DNA from: an uncultured Alphaproteobacteria bacterium
GTDB lineage: Bacteria; Pseudomonadota; Alphaproteobacteria; Rhizobiales; Xanthobacteraceae
Reading direction: 5' to 3'
Assembly: GCA_963768225.1 (NCBI GenBank)
Contig: CAVYGV010000005.1
Span: forward strand, 347,184 to 411,183
DNA: 64,000 nucleotides
The notes under the pieces are model-generated. The model worked only from the letters and a program-made list of their open reading frames with translations, had not been told where the DNA came from and made no database searches. The position numbers and the translations under genes are program-made. Positions 32,310 to 42,344 of the stretch are shown here, one piece after another (position 1 is the stretch's first letter; every line of letters starts with the position of its first letter).

Positions 32310-32495
32310 TCACGCCATCGGCTGGCCGATCCCGCGCTCCGCGGCGCGGCGGCAGATCGGATCGGCGAAAGCGATATCTTCGAGCGCGGTGCCGAGCGAT
32401 TTGAACGGCGCGATAACGGCCGGCCCGCGCCGGCCGGCGGCTCTTCCGGTCAGGAGGTCGCCAAGCTCCACGATGTCGTGCCACGTCACGCGGGG
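32310..32495 (-). pseudogene. Remnant (C-terminal ~60 codons) of an ornithine cyclodeaminase-family paralog
   Basis: Translates to ..VTWHDIVELGDLLTGRAAGRRGPAVIAPFKSLGTALEDIAFADPICRRAAERGIGQPMA*. This is about three-quarters identical by eye to the C-terminus of the intact gene at 34973..36013. No upstream part is present. Confidence 0.6.
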
Positions 32496-32511
32496 GCGGC
32501 GCTCGGCGCCG

Positions 32512-34578
32512 CTAGCCCGCCTTGCGACCGGTGGTTGCGACGAGTTGCGGGAAGATGCTCGCGGCAATGACTTCCAGGACCGCATCTTGAGTTTCGCGGC
32601 ACCGGGCCAGCATTGTAAACGCTTCATCGTCTCCCGCACTGAGGTCGCTGAGTGCGCGCACACGTTCGAGAAGCGTTTCGAAGCCGAGGACGCCGGCGGC
32701 ATTAATAAGATCGTGAGCTTCGCGGCGCGAGCTCGCTAGACCGGACTTGAAAGAGCGGCGCAGCTCCTTCTCGAACGCGACCACGGTCTGTTCGACTTTG
32801 ACGATGCCGAAACTGCCCGTCAGTTCCTCTAGCTTGGCGCGGTTGAAGTGAGGCGAGCCGGGAGGCGAAAGATGTGAGCTCGAATCATTGTGCGGCAGCC
32901 AACGCCACAGCTTGCTATATAAAATGGCTCGCTCGATCGGCTTGCCCACGTGGTCGTTCATACCCGCCTTAAGAAATTCCTGAATCTGCTGCGGCAGGAC
33001 ATTGCCGGTCATGGCCAGAATCGGGATTTCCCTCACCGGAAACCCCATTTGCCGTATTGCGCGTGTAGCGGTGACGCCGTCCATGTCGGGCATCTGGATA
33101 TCCATAAGGACCACATCGAATTTTTCCTTGCGCAGTCGATTGATCGCCTCCGCGCCGCCGCCGACCGGCACGACGTCGTAGCCGCTGTCCTCCAGATAAG
33201 CTCCAACGATCTCCCGATTGGTCTGCAAATCGTCCACCAGAAGGATTTTCCCCCTATTGAGGGCGAAGACCTCCGGCATGGGCGCGATCTGCGGTGCCGG
33301 GTTCAGTTGCGTCACTGCACATAACCGCGCCGTAAACCATATTGTCGTGCCTTTGCCGGCGTCGCTGATCACGCCGATCTGGCCACCCATGAGCTCAACG
33401 AGGCGCTTGCAGATCGCAAGGCCAAGACCGGTTCCGCCGTAACGGCGGCTGATCGATCCGTCGGTCTGCGAGAATTGCTTGAACAAAAGATGCTGCTGTT
33501 CGAGGGGAATCCCGACCCCTGTATCGGCGACGGCAAAATGGACGAGCTTCTCTCCCTCACGCGATAACTTCGGACAGACTGTCACGGTAACCGACCCCGC
33601 GGCCGTAAATTTGATCGCGTTGTTGAGGAGGTTGAACAGTATCTGTCTGAGCCGGGTGTCGTCACCCACGAGCCATTCCGGCATGTGGCGGTCGATCATC
33701 CATTTGAGCACGATCGCCTTTTTCGCCGCCAAGGGCTGAACAATGTTCGTCGCGTCGTGAATCAGCGCGGAGAGCGAAAATGGACGGCTTTGCAGTTCAA
33801 GTTCCCCCGCTTCGACTTTGGAGAAATCGAGTATATCGTCGACAATGGTCAATAATGTCTCGTTCGCCATCCTGATGAGGCCAAGATAGCGAAGCTGCTC
33901 CTTGCTCAGGCGCCCCCTTCGCGCGAGCAAGTCGGTGAAGCCGGCGATGCTGGTCAACGGCGTGCGAATTTCGTGGCTCATGGTGGCTAGAAAATCCGTC
34001 TTGGCGCAATTGGCCGCCTCCGCTTCCAAGCGGGCCTGTTCGGCCATCTCGGTGGCGCGCTGCAACTCGCGGGCTTGTTGATTACGGACCGTGACATCGC
34101 GCATGATTCCGGTGAAGCATTGCTGGCCGTCGATATCGCGCCATTCCGCGACTGAAAGGTCCAGGGGCACTTCACAGCCATCCTTGCGCCGCCCGACCAC
34201 CTCGCGACCAATTCCGATGATCCTTCGTTCTCCGGTGCCGCGATAAGCCGCCAGACAGTTGTCGTGCACGCTCCGGTCGGGTTCCGTCATGAGCGAGCGG
34301 ACGTTCCGTCCAACGGCCTCTTCGGCCGAGTAGCCGAAGATCGATTGCGCGGCCCGATTGAAGGACTGGATGGTGCCAAATCGGTCGGACACGACGATCG
34401 CATCGACCTCGGTATCGAAAATCGCGAGATAGCGGTCTGCATTCTCGCGCAGCACGCGGCCGTGGTGGAGCGCTGCCTCGTCCAGTTTGCTTCGCAAAAA
34501 TTTTGTTATCAGCAGCCGCACTGCGCGATCCCGTAACTGAAGAACAGCGGCCGAGAATTGCGACGAGAACCAGTCCAT
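32512..34578 (-). CDS. Hybrid sensor histidine kinase/response regulator (PAS-HisKA-HATPase-REC-HPt)
   Basis: H-box [10 protein letters not shown]-boxes DTGVGIP and GGTGLGLAI. Receiver [13 protein letters not shown]-terminal HPt-like [15 protein letters not shown]. Start at MDWFSSQ (34578) with GGAGG upstream. Confidence 0.9.
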   Translation of the reverse strand: MDWFSSQFSAAVLQLRDRAVRLLITKFLRSKLDEAALHHGRVLRENADRYLAIFDTEVDAIVVSDRFGTIQSFNRAAQSIFGYSAEEAVGRNVRSLMTEPDRSVHDNCLAAYRGTGERRIIGIGREVVGRRKDGCEVPLDLSVAEWRDIDGQQCFTGIMRDVTVRNQQARELQRATEMAEQARLEAEAANCAKTDFLATMSHEIRTPLTSIAGFTDLLARRGRLSKEQLRYLGLIRMANETLLTIVDDILDFSKVEAGELELQSRPFSLSALIHDATNIVQPLAAKKAIVLKWMIDRHMPEWLVGDDTRLRQILFNLLNNAIKFTAAGSVTVTVCPKLSREGEKLVHFAVADTGVGIPLEQQHLLFKQFSQTDGSISRRYGGTGLGLAICKRLVELMGGQIGVISDAGKGTTIWFTARLCAVTQLNPAPQIAPMPEVFALNRGKILLVDDLQTNREIVGAYLEDSGYDVVPVGGGAEAINRLRKEKFDVVLMDIQMPDMDGVTATRAIRQMGFPVREIPILAMTGNVLPQQIQEFLKAGMNDHVGKPIERAILYSKLWRWLPHNDSSSHLSPPGSPHFNRAKLEELTGSFGIVKVEQTVVAFEKELRRSFKSGLASSRREAHDLINAAGVLGFETLLERVRALSDLSAGDDEAFTMLARCRETQDAVLEVIAASIFPQLVATTGRKAG

Positions 34579-34972
34579 ATCTAGCCTCCGTTCGTGCGTT
34601 CTCTTATCTCGATCGCCGGAATCCGCCGTAAAATCGTCACCAGCGAAAACGCTCAATCAGGTCCGTTCGAAATTCTGATATTTTGGAAATTCTTGAGTGC
34701 ATCGAACAAGAAAAAGCACCCACCAATCGACACCGCCGCGGATCAGGAACTTGCCTCGCACGGTTTTTTTGTTTATTTGTTCCGAATCACGGGCGTTCCA
34801 AACATTGCAGCAGCGTTGATTTTTCGCAAGCAAACCGGATACGTGATAATACCTATGCGACAATAAAGTATGCGCAAAAAGTTGCGCTTGCCCTTGACGT
34901 TTCCTTGTCATGGAACTTCGACGCCGCCGCCCGAATCTGGACAAAGGCGCAAACTCAACCGAGTCCCCGTCG

Positions 34973-36013
34973 TCACATCGGCTTGCCCAAACCGCGCTCC
35001 GCGGCGCGGCGGCAGATCAGAGCGGCGAATGCGATGTCTTCGAGCGCAATGCCGAGCGACTTGAACAACGTAATGTCGGCCGGCCCGCGGCGCCCGATAG
35101 CCTTTCCAGTCACGATGTCGCCGAGCTCCACGATGTCCCGCCAGGTCAGCCGGCCGGCAGCGATGAGGTCGCGGTATTCGCCGGCTTCCAGTCGCGCCTG
35201 CTCGACCTGATCGGTCGCCCGCACCGTTGAGCGCAGCACCGTCTCGGCGTCGACCTCGCGCCGCGTCGCGGCATTGGCACCGGCGGCATTGACGTGAACG
35301 CCGGATTTGAGCCAGTTCGCGCGCAACACCGGTTCTGCCGATTTGGTGATGACGATGACAACGTCGGCTTCGGCGACGGCGGCCTCTGCCGACGCCACCG
35401 GTTGCGCAGCGACGCCAAGCTCGCGCTCGATCCGGCCAGCGAAGGCGTCGCGGTGCTCGCTCGTCGGACTGAATACGCGCACATCGGCGATGCTCCGCAC
35501 CGCGCAGACGGCGGCAGCTTGCGTGAACGCCTGCCGCCCTGTGCCGATGACGCCGAGCGTGCAGGCTTCCGGCTTGGCCAGAAGTTTTGTCGCGAGCCCG
35601 CTCGCCGCGCCGGTGCGCATCCGGCCGAGATTGTCGGACTCGATCATGGCTTTCAGTTTGCCGTCGCTCGCCGAGTAGAGCAGCACGTGATAGCGCGCGC
35701 CATAGCCGCCGGCATAATAGGCCTTCAGCCCGAACAGGGATTTGGCGCCCCACGCCGCGCCCATCAGATTGAAGGCGCCGCCGGCGGCTGGCGCGCGTTG
35801 CCGCGGCAGGTTGACGGTTGCGGGGTCGGACCAGGTCGCGAACAATTCCTCAAGCGTCGCGATGGCGTCTTTGACGGTGACCAGCCGGCAAACGTCTTTC
35901 TCGGTCAGATAGATCGAAGTATCGGCCGGAGCTGCAGCCTTGGGCTTGGACTTGGATTTGGACTTGGGCCCAGTCTTGGCCTTGGTTTTAGGTTTTTTCG
36001 CAGCTTTGGACAT
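34973..36013 (-). CDS. Ornithine cyclodeaminase / mu-crystallin family protein with a Lys-rich N-terminal extension
   Basis: Rossmann GVIGTGRQA. Family-typical C-terminus. The first ~30 residues are MSKAAKKPKTKAKTGPKSKSKSKPKAAAP. Confidence 0.85.
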   Translation of the reverse strand: MSKAAKKPKTKAKTGPKSKSKSKPKAAAPADTSIYLTEKDVCRLVTVKDAIATLEELFATWSDPATVNLPRQRAPAAGGAFNLMGAAWGAKSLFGLKAYYAGGYGARYHVLLYSASDGKLKAMIESDNLGRMRTGAASGLATKLLAKPEACTLGVIGTGRQAFTQAAAVCAVRSIADVRVFSPTSEHRDAFAGRIERELGVAAQPVASAEAAVAEADVVIVITKSAEPVLRANWLKSGVHVNAAGANAATRREVDAETVLRSTVRATDQVEQARLEAGEYRDLIAAGRLTWRDIVELGDIVTGKAIGRRGPADITLFKSLGIALEDIAFAALICRRAAERGLGKPM

Positions 36014-36072
36014 GGCCTTGTTTATGCTCCGGCATGCCAGACTATAATTGCCTGCAAATCTGGAGGAAGCAC

Positions 36073-36801
36073 ATGATTGCCGAAAAGATCAAATATCCCA
36101 TGGGTGCGCTGACCGCGGAGGGTGCGCTGATCTACGACGAAAAGGTCTCCGCCAAGCGCCCGGCAGTCCTGATGGCGCCGAACTGGATGGGCATGACCGA
36201 ACAGGCGATCGCGCGCGGCAAGCTTATCGCCGGGGACCGCTACGTCGTCCTGGTCGCCGACATGTACGGGGAAGGGACGCGGCCGGCGGATTTCGGCGAG
36301 GCGGCGAAGCTTGCCAATCCGCTGCGCGAGAATGCGGTCGAGCAAAGAAAGCGCATCCGCGCCGCCTATGACGCGATGATCGCGAAAGCCTCAAAACGCA
36401 ATCTGATCGACAACCGGCGCGCCGCGGTCGGCTTCTGCTTCGGCGGCGGCAATGTGTTGGAGCTGGCGCGCGACAGCGTCGACATCGCCGCGGCGGTATC
36501 GATCCACGGCGATCTGAAAACCGCGCAAGCGGCAAAGAAAGGCGCGGTGAAAGCCAAGCTCCTGGTCGCCCACGGCGCCCCCGATCCGGTTGCGCCCAAG
36601 GCCGACCGCGACGCGTTCGAAGCGGAAATGGATGCCGCTGGAGCCTATTGGCAGATGCTCCTCTTCGCCGGCGTGCTGCACGCCTATACCGATGAGGGCA
36701 TGGACGCGCCCGGCGTCGCCGGTTGGCACGAACCGGCGTGCCGGCAGACTTACACGCTGACGCATCAGTTCATTGCCGATGCGTTCGCAGGGAAGCTTTA
36801 G
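36073..36801 (+). CDS. Dienelactone hydrolase family protein
   Basis: ATG at 36073 after GGAGGA. GFCFGG nucleophile motif. C-terminal HAY. Confidence 0.8.
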   Translation: MIAEKIKYPMGALTAEGALIYDEKVSAKRPAVLMAPNWMGMTEQAIARGKLIAGDRYVVLVADMYGEGTRPADFGEAAKLANPLRENAVEQRKRIRAAYDAMIAKASKRNLIDNRRAAVGFCFGGGNVLELARDSVDIAAAVSIHGDLKTAQAAKKGAVKAKLLVAHGAPDPVAPKADRDAFEAEMDAAGAYWQMLLFAGVLHAYTDEGMDAPGVAGWHEPACRQTYTLTHQFIADAFAGKL

Positions 36802-39134
36802 GCCCCCTTCTTCGCCGTCTGAATCGCCCGCCAGATCTTCTCCGGCGTCACCGGCATTTCGATATGGGTGACGCCGAATTCGGCGAGTGCATCGACCACG
36901 GCATTGACCACGGCGCCGAGCGCGCCGGTGGTGCCGCCTTCGCCGGCGCCGCGCACGCCGAGCCGGTTGGTCGGCGTCAGCACTTCCGAGATATCGGTGG
37001 TGAACGGCGGCAACAGGTCAGCGCGCGGCATAGCGTAGTCCATGAACGAGGCGGAGAGCAATTGCCCGTCGGCGTCATAGGCGCAAAGCTCCCATAACGC
37101 CTGGCCGATGCCTTGCGCGGCGCCGCCGTGGGTTTGGCCATGCACCACCATCGGATTGATGGCGCGGCCGACGTCGTCGACCGCGGTGTAGCGCACGAGA
37201 TCAAGTGCGCCGGTTTGCGGGTCGATCTCGACTTCGCAGACATGGGCGCCATAGGGAAAGCCGAGCTGCCTGATCGTCTCGTCGGCGGTCGCGGCAAGCG
37301 GCCCGCGCAAATCTTCCGGCAGGCTTTTGCCGTCGGCGGCGGCCGCCGCAGCCTCGACTATACCGACCGAGCGATCGGTACCCTTGACGGTGAAGCGGCC
37401 GGCGGCGAAGGCGATATCGTCCTCGGCGGTTTCCAGCATTTGCGCGGCGATTTTCTTGCCCTTCTCGATGACGAGGTCGGCCGCCTTGCCCATGACGATG
37501 CCGGCGAGTCGCATCGAGCGGGCGGAATGCGAACCGCCGCCCTCCTTGACGATGTCGGTGTCGCTCTCGTTGACGTCGATGTCGTCGAACGGCACGCCGA
37601 GCCACTCGGCGACGCATTGGGCAAAAGTCGTCTCGTGGCTTTGCCCGCTGGACAGCGTGCCGACCACGACGTCGACACGGCCGTGCGGCTGCACCGTGAT
37701 GTCGGCGCGTTCGCGCGGATAGCCGCCGGTGGTTTCGAGGTAACAGCACAGCCCGATGCCGCGCAGCCGCTCGCGCTTGCGCGCCTCGGCGCGGCGCTTC
37801 TTGAAGCCGCGCCAGCCGCCGAGCTCCATGGCGCGGTCCATCACCGCGCGATAGGTGCCGTTGTCGTAGGTGATGCCTTGCGGATTTTTGTACGGGAATG
37901 CCGAGGGCGGAATGAGATTTCGTTTCCGCAAGCTCACGCGATCGAAGCCGTGCTCAAGCGCCGCTTTATCGATCAGCCGCTCGATCACATAGATCACTTC
38001 CGGCCGGCCGGCGCTGCGATAGGGCGTGGTGCACATCGTCGTACTCAGTACGGCGCGCGCGTGCACGTGGGAGATCGGAATACGATAGCCGGATGTCACC
38101 AATCCCACCCCCTTGACCAGCGGCACGTAGGAGCCGGAATGCGCGCCGACATTGCTGAGGTTCGATGAGCGTAGCGCCAGGAAACGCCCCTGCGCGTCGA
38201 GCGCGAGTTCGGCGGACACGGTGAGATCGCGGCCCATATAGTCGCTGACGAAGGCCTCGTGGCGGTCGGCCGTCCATTTAACCGGACGGCCGACGCGGCG
38301 CGCGCCCCAAACCACCAGCGCGAATTCGGGAAAGAAGCTGTTGCGGGTGCCGAAATTGCCGCCGATTTCGCGGGCGATGACCCGCACGTTGTCGAACGGC
38401 ACGCCGAGGATCGCCGCGATCTCCTTTTTCTGGCGCACGATGCCGCCCGAGCCGGCATAGAGCGTGTAGCGTCCGCTCGTCGCATCGTAGATGCCGGTCG
38501 CGGCGCGCGGCTCCATCGGCACGCCGGTGACGCGATTAATCCAGGTGTCGAGCCGGGTGACATGGGCGGCGCGCGCGAAGACATCCGCCGTTGCCGCGGC
38601 ATCGCCCACCTCGGCGTCGATCATGATGTTCGGCAGATCGTCATAGAGTCGCGGCGCATTTTGTTCAATGGCAACCTTGGCGTCGGTCACGGCCGGCAGC
38701 GGCTGATAGTCGACTACGACTTTTTCAGCCGCATCCTTGGCCTGCGCGACCGTTTCCGCGATCACGAAGCCGACCGCGGTGCCGACGTGGCGGACCCGAT
38801 CGGTCGGCAGCACGTAATGTGGCGCGGCCGGCACCGGCGAGCCGTCGCGATTGGTGAGCACGATGTCGGGCGGCGTGCCGGCGGCGGTGAGATGCGGAAT
38901 TCGCTTAAGCCCGTCGGCGAGTGCGTCCGCGCCGGTAAGCACCGCAAGCACGCCGGGCATGGCGCGCGCCGCTTCAACGTCGATTGCGCGGATCAAGGCA
39001 TGCGCATGCGGCGAGCGCACCGCCGCGCCATAGACCTGACCCGGGAAATTGAAATCGTCGCTGTAGCAGCCGCGGCCGGTGACAAGGCGCAAGTCCTCCT
39101 TGCGGCGTACGGTATCTCCGATGCCTAATTGCAT
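36798..39134 (-). CDS. Xanthine dehydrogenase family molybdopterin-binding large subunit (CoxL form II-like)
   Basis: 778 aa. The PYRSAGRPE active-site loop resembles AYRGAGRPE of form II CoxL. GGGFG-type motif (REIGGNFGTR). Confidence 0.9.
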   Translation of the reverse strand: MQLGIGDTVRRKEDLRLVTGRGCYSDDFNFPGQVYGAAVRSPHAHALIRAIDVEAARAMPGVLAVLTGADALADGLKRIPHLTAAGTPPDIVLTNRDGSPVPAAPHYVLPTDRVRHVGTAVGFVIAETVAQAKDAAEKVVVDYQPLPAVTDAKVAIEQNAPRLYDDLPNIMIDAEVGDAAATADVFARAAHVTRLDTWINRVTGVPMEPRAATGIYDATSGRYTLYAGSGGIVRQKKEIAAILGVPFDNVRVIAREIGGNFGTRNSFFPEFALVVWGARRVGRPVKWTADRHEAFVSDYMGRDLTVSAELALDAQGRFLALRSSNLSNVGAHSGSYVPLVKGVGLVTSGYRIPISHVHARAVLSTTMCTTPYRSAGRPEVIYVIERLIDKAALEHGFDRVSLRKRNLIPPSAFPYKNPQGITYDNGTYRAVMDRAMELGGWRGFKKRRAEARKRERLRGIGLCCYLETTGGYPRERADITVQPHGRVDVVVGTLSSGQSHETTFAQCVAEWLGVPFDDIDVNESDTDIVKEGGGSHSARSMRLAGIVMGKAADLVIEKGKKIAAQMLETAEDDIAFAAGRFTVKGTDRSVGIVEAAAAAADGKSLPEDLRGPLAATADETIRQLGFPYGAHVCEVEIDPQTGALDLVRYTAVDDVGRAINPMVVHGQTHGGAAQGIGQALWELCAYDADGQLLSASFMDYAMPRADLLPPFTTDISEVLTPTNRLGVRGAGEGGTTGALGAVVNAVVDALAEFGVTHIEMPVTPEKIWRAIQTAKKGA

Positions 39135-39218
39135 TGATAGTGGCTTCGCGGTTGACTGATGGCGGGCGGCAATAATCTCACAGCCTAGCGGATCGGGCTA
39201 GCCGCCGATGGTGAGCGC

Positions 39219-40163
39219 ATGACAACACATCGTCTGGACGCTGCTCCCGATACGGTGCACTGGGGGTTTTTCGACGCGACGCTCAAGCCGCTCGCGATCG
39301 TCGATCCGGGCGATGAGGTCGTCATCTCGACGGTGTCAGGTGCGCCGTCGACGCTCCCGGGCGCGGATACGGGATTGGTCGTGCCCGCGGCGCTCACCGC
39401 GATTCACGCCAAGGTGCCGCAGCGGCTTGGACCGCACATCATGACCGGCCCGGTTGCGGTACGCGGCGCCAAGGCCGGGCAGGTGCTTGAGGTCCGCATC
39501 AAGGCGATCGATCTCAACTACGACTGGGGCTACAACGCCATCCGGCCGCTTGGCGGTGCGCTGCCGGACGATTTTGAGGAGATGCGTCTCATCCACATTC
39601 CGCTCGACCGCAAGCGCATGGTCGGGCGGCTGCCGTGGGGCCTGGAACTGGCGCTCAAGCCATTCTTCGGCGTCATGGTGGTGGCGCCGCCGCGCGCCTG
39701 GGGACCGGTCGCCTCGCCGCCGCCGCGGCGCAACGGCGGCAATATCGACAACAAGGAACTGGTCGCCGGCACCACGCTTTATCTGCCGATTCATGTCGAC
39801 GGCGCGCTGTTCTCAGTGGGCGACGGCCACGGCGTGCAGGGCGACGGCGAAGTCTGCATTACCGCGATCGAGACCGGCCTCGTCGGCACCTTCGAATTGC
39901 ATGTGCGCGACGACATGAAGCTGGAATGGCCGCTGGCCGAGACGCCGACGCATATCATGACCATGGCGTTCGATCCCGATCTCGACGATGCGGTGGTGAT
40001 CGCGTTGCGCGACATGATCAAGCTCATTTGCGCGCGCACCGGTCTATCGCGGGAGGACGCCTATACGCTGTGCAGCCTCGCCGCAGATTTGCGCGTGACC
40101 CAGGTGGTGAACGGCGCCAAGGGCATCCACGTGATGCTGGAGAAGGCGCACCTCGCGCGTTAG
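39219..40163 (+). CDS. Acetamidase/formamidase family protein
   Basis: Full-length family pattern: VHWGFFD, GGNIDNKEL, LFSVGDGHGVQGDGEVC. Confidence 0.85.
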   Translation: MTTHRLDAAPDTVHWGFFDATLKPLAIVDPGDEVVISTVSGAPSTLPGADTGLVVPAALTAIHAKVPQRLGPHIMTGPVAVRGAKAGQVLEVRIKAIDLNYDWGYNAIRPLGGALPDDFEEMRLIHIPLDRKRMVGRLPWGLELALKPFFGVMVVAPPRAWGPVASPPPRRNGGNIDNKELVAGTTLYLPIHVDGALFSVGDGHGVQGDGEVCITAIETGLVGTFELHVRDDMKLEWPLAETPTHIMTMAFDPDLDDAVVIALRDMIKLICARTGLSREDAYTLCSLAADLRVTQVVNGAKGIHVMLEKAHLAR

Positions 40164-41152
40164 TGCGTCGCTTGCATCGCGCCTTCCACGCGGTGAAAGC
40201 CAAGCCGCTGCATCACCGGCTCGTCGGAGACGCGCAACAGCAGCGCATCCTCGTCGGCCTCGTGGCAATGCGGTCGCCAGGCCGGCGCTGCGATCACGTC
40301 GCCGCGCCGCCATGCGAAGCGCTCGCCGTCGACTGTCGTCGAACCCGAGCCTTTCACAACTGCGTAAATATTGTTTGCGGTGGTCCGGTACGGCGCCGTT
40401 ACGACATGCGGCGAGAGCCGCATCATCGAGAGCCCGATCGTATCCATCGCCGGATTGCCAAGCTCGACATGGGTGGCGAATGGACCGGCCGGATCGGGAG
40501 GCGCGGCGTCGAGGCGCTTAAGCGTCTCGCTCAGCGGAAAGACAAAAGGCGAGTCCTTGGTCGGTGCCGCGCTGTCCGATGCGCCATTTGTTGCCTCTTC
40601 CGCCGGCTCGAAGAACATCGGCTCGAGCAATTGCACCAGCGGCACGTCGAGGAAATCCAGCCAATAGGCGCTGGCGCGGCTGTCATTGCCATGGCCGTGG
40701 CTCGACCAGTTCGGGGTCAGCAGCACGTCACCCGGCTCCATGGCGAGCTTGACGCCATTGACGTCGGTATAGACCCCGGGCTCGGCGTCGATAATAAGCC
40801 GCAGCGCATTCGGCGTATGCCGGTGTGCGCGCGCCCATTCGCCCGGCAGGATCATCTGATAGGCGCTGACCATGGTGCGCACCGTGCCGTAACTCTCGCC
40901 GGAAGCCGGATTGAACAGGATGAGATTGCGCCGCTCGGCAAGCTCGGTATTGATCAGCCGGCCGGCGGCGTCGAGCGCGCCGCGCGCCTGCTCGTAGGTC
41001 CAGTGCGCCGGCGCAAAATTCTTCTGCGGCGCGGGCCACAGCGAGGCCACCTTCTTGTTCCAGCCCGGCGCAATGCCGACCTGGGTAAGCTTGCCGTAAA
41101 GCTCTTCAAGCGAGCCGGAACGGGCGAGTTCTTCTCGGGATGGGGCCTGCAT
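40160..41152 (-). CDS. Gentisate 1,2-dioxygenase-like bicupin
   Basis: Two cupin modules. HRHTPNALRLIID..GD metal motif. ATG at 41152 with GAGGAA upstream; the ORF-track start at 41167 is a GTG. Confidence 0.8.
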   Translation of the reverse strand: MQAPSREELARSGSLEELYGKLTQVGIAPGWNKKVASLWPAPQKNFAPAHWTYEQARGALDAAGRLINTELAERRNLILFNPASGESYGTVRTMVSAYQMILPGEWARAHRHTPNALRLIIDAEPGVYTDVNGVKLAMEPGDVLLTPNWSSHGHGNDSRASAYWLDFLDVPLVQLLEPMFFEPAEEATNGASDSAAPTKDSPFVFPLSETLKRLDAAPPDPAGPFATHVELGNPAMDTIGLSMMRLSPHVVTAPYRTTANNIYAVVKGSGSTTVDGERFAWRRGDVIAAPAWRPHCHEADEDALLLRVSDEPVMQRLGFHRVEGAMQATH

Positions 41153-41315
41153 GGGATTCCTCGGCACTGCGGAGGGTTAGGTCGAGCAAACGCGAAGCCC
41201 GCCGCGAGACGATGGGCTTCGCTGCCGCTCGAGACATCCTACAGGATTTGCAGTTGTCGCCAAGAACCTCCCGTGACACCATTTGGGCGGGCGTTGTTCC
41301 GGGTCTTAGAGCACC

Positions 41316-42344
41316 ATGCCGCGTCGAAAGTTTCCGTGGGCCAAGCTGCCCGACGATGAGTTGCTGGAGGTTCGGCTCAAGGACCTCAAGGTGACGGTCG
41401 ACGGCACTTGGCTCGCGAAATGCCTGCGCACGCTCTACGACGAACTCGACGAGCACGGCATCCGGGTGAGGCCGCATGCTTGGATTTCGAGCGAGTGGTT
41501 TTCGCCCGAAAACACCCCCGGCATCGCCATCCCATTCTATTTGGCGCATCCGCGGCTGATGCAGCTCGAGAAGAAAATGATCTTCGAGGTCGAGGGCGGC
41601 ACCACGTCGGAATGCATGCGAATTCTCCGCCATGAATGCGGACACGTCGTGACGCATGCCTATCAGCTCTATCGCCGCCGGCGCTGGCAGCAGCTGTTCG
41701 GCCCATCCTCGAAGCGCTATCCGCGTTATTACCGGCCCAATCCGGCGAGCCGCAATCATGTCCAGCATTTGCGGCTGTGGTACGCGCAAAGCCATCCGGA
41801 CGAAGATTTCGCCGAGACTTTTGCGGTGTGGCTGCGGCCGCGCTCGCATTGGCGGACGCGCTATGCCGGATGGCCGGCGCTCAAGAAACTCGAATATGTC
41901 GACGAACTGATGACCGAAATCGCCGGCTTGCGTCCGACGCTGACGCACCGCGAGAAGGTCGATCCGCTCGGCAAGCTCAGTCAAACGCTTGGCGACTATT
42001 ACAAGAAAAAGCGCGCGCTTTACGTCGTCGACACGCCGAAAACCTACGATCGCGATCTGCGGCGGTTGTTCTCGGCCGACCCGAGACATCGCCAAGGCGA
42101 GGCGGCGTCAGCCTTCATCAGGCGCAATCGCGCCAAAGTGCGCGAGCTGGTCGCCAAGTGGACCGGCGAATATCAGCTCACCTTCGACGCCGTGCTTGAC
42201 GATATGATCCAGCGCTGCCGCGAACTCGATCTGCGCGCCGTCGGCCGCGAGCGTAAGCTGCTCATGGAATTCACGGTGCTGCTGACCGCGAAGACCATGC
42301 ACGCGCTGTTCGGTCCGTCGCGGCGAAGGTGGATCGCGCTATGA
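41316..42344 (+). CDS. Putative zinc-dependent metallopeptidase (HExxH)
   Basis: ILRHECGHVVTHAY HExxH motif. Its stop overlaps the start of the next gene (ATGA). Confidence 0.65.
   Translation: MPRRKFPWAKLPDDELLEVRLKDLKVTVDGTWLAKCLRTLYDELDEHGIRVRPHAWISSEWFSPENTPGIAIPFYLAHPRLMQLEKKMIFEVEGGTTSECMRILRHECGHVVTHAYQLYRRRRWQQLFGPSSKRYPRYYRPNPASRNHVQHLRLWYAQSHPDEDFAETFAVWLRPRSHWRTRYAGWPALKKLEYVDELMTEIAGLRPTLTHREKVDPLGKLSQTLGDYYKKKRALYVVDTPKTYDRDLRRLFSADPRHRQGEAASAFIRRNRAKVRELVAKWTGEYQLTFDAVLDDMIQRCRELDLRAVGRERKLLMEFTVLLTAKTMHALFGPSRRRWIAL

Noticed and set aside
39635-41359. 574-aa plus-strand ORF overlapping the formamidase gene (other frame) and antisense to the gentisate-dioxygenase-like gene
   Set aside because: Extreme Arg/Gly/Ala content with no motifs. 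The overlapped genes have clear family signatures.
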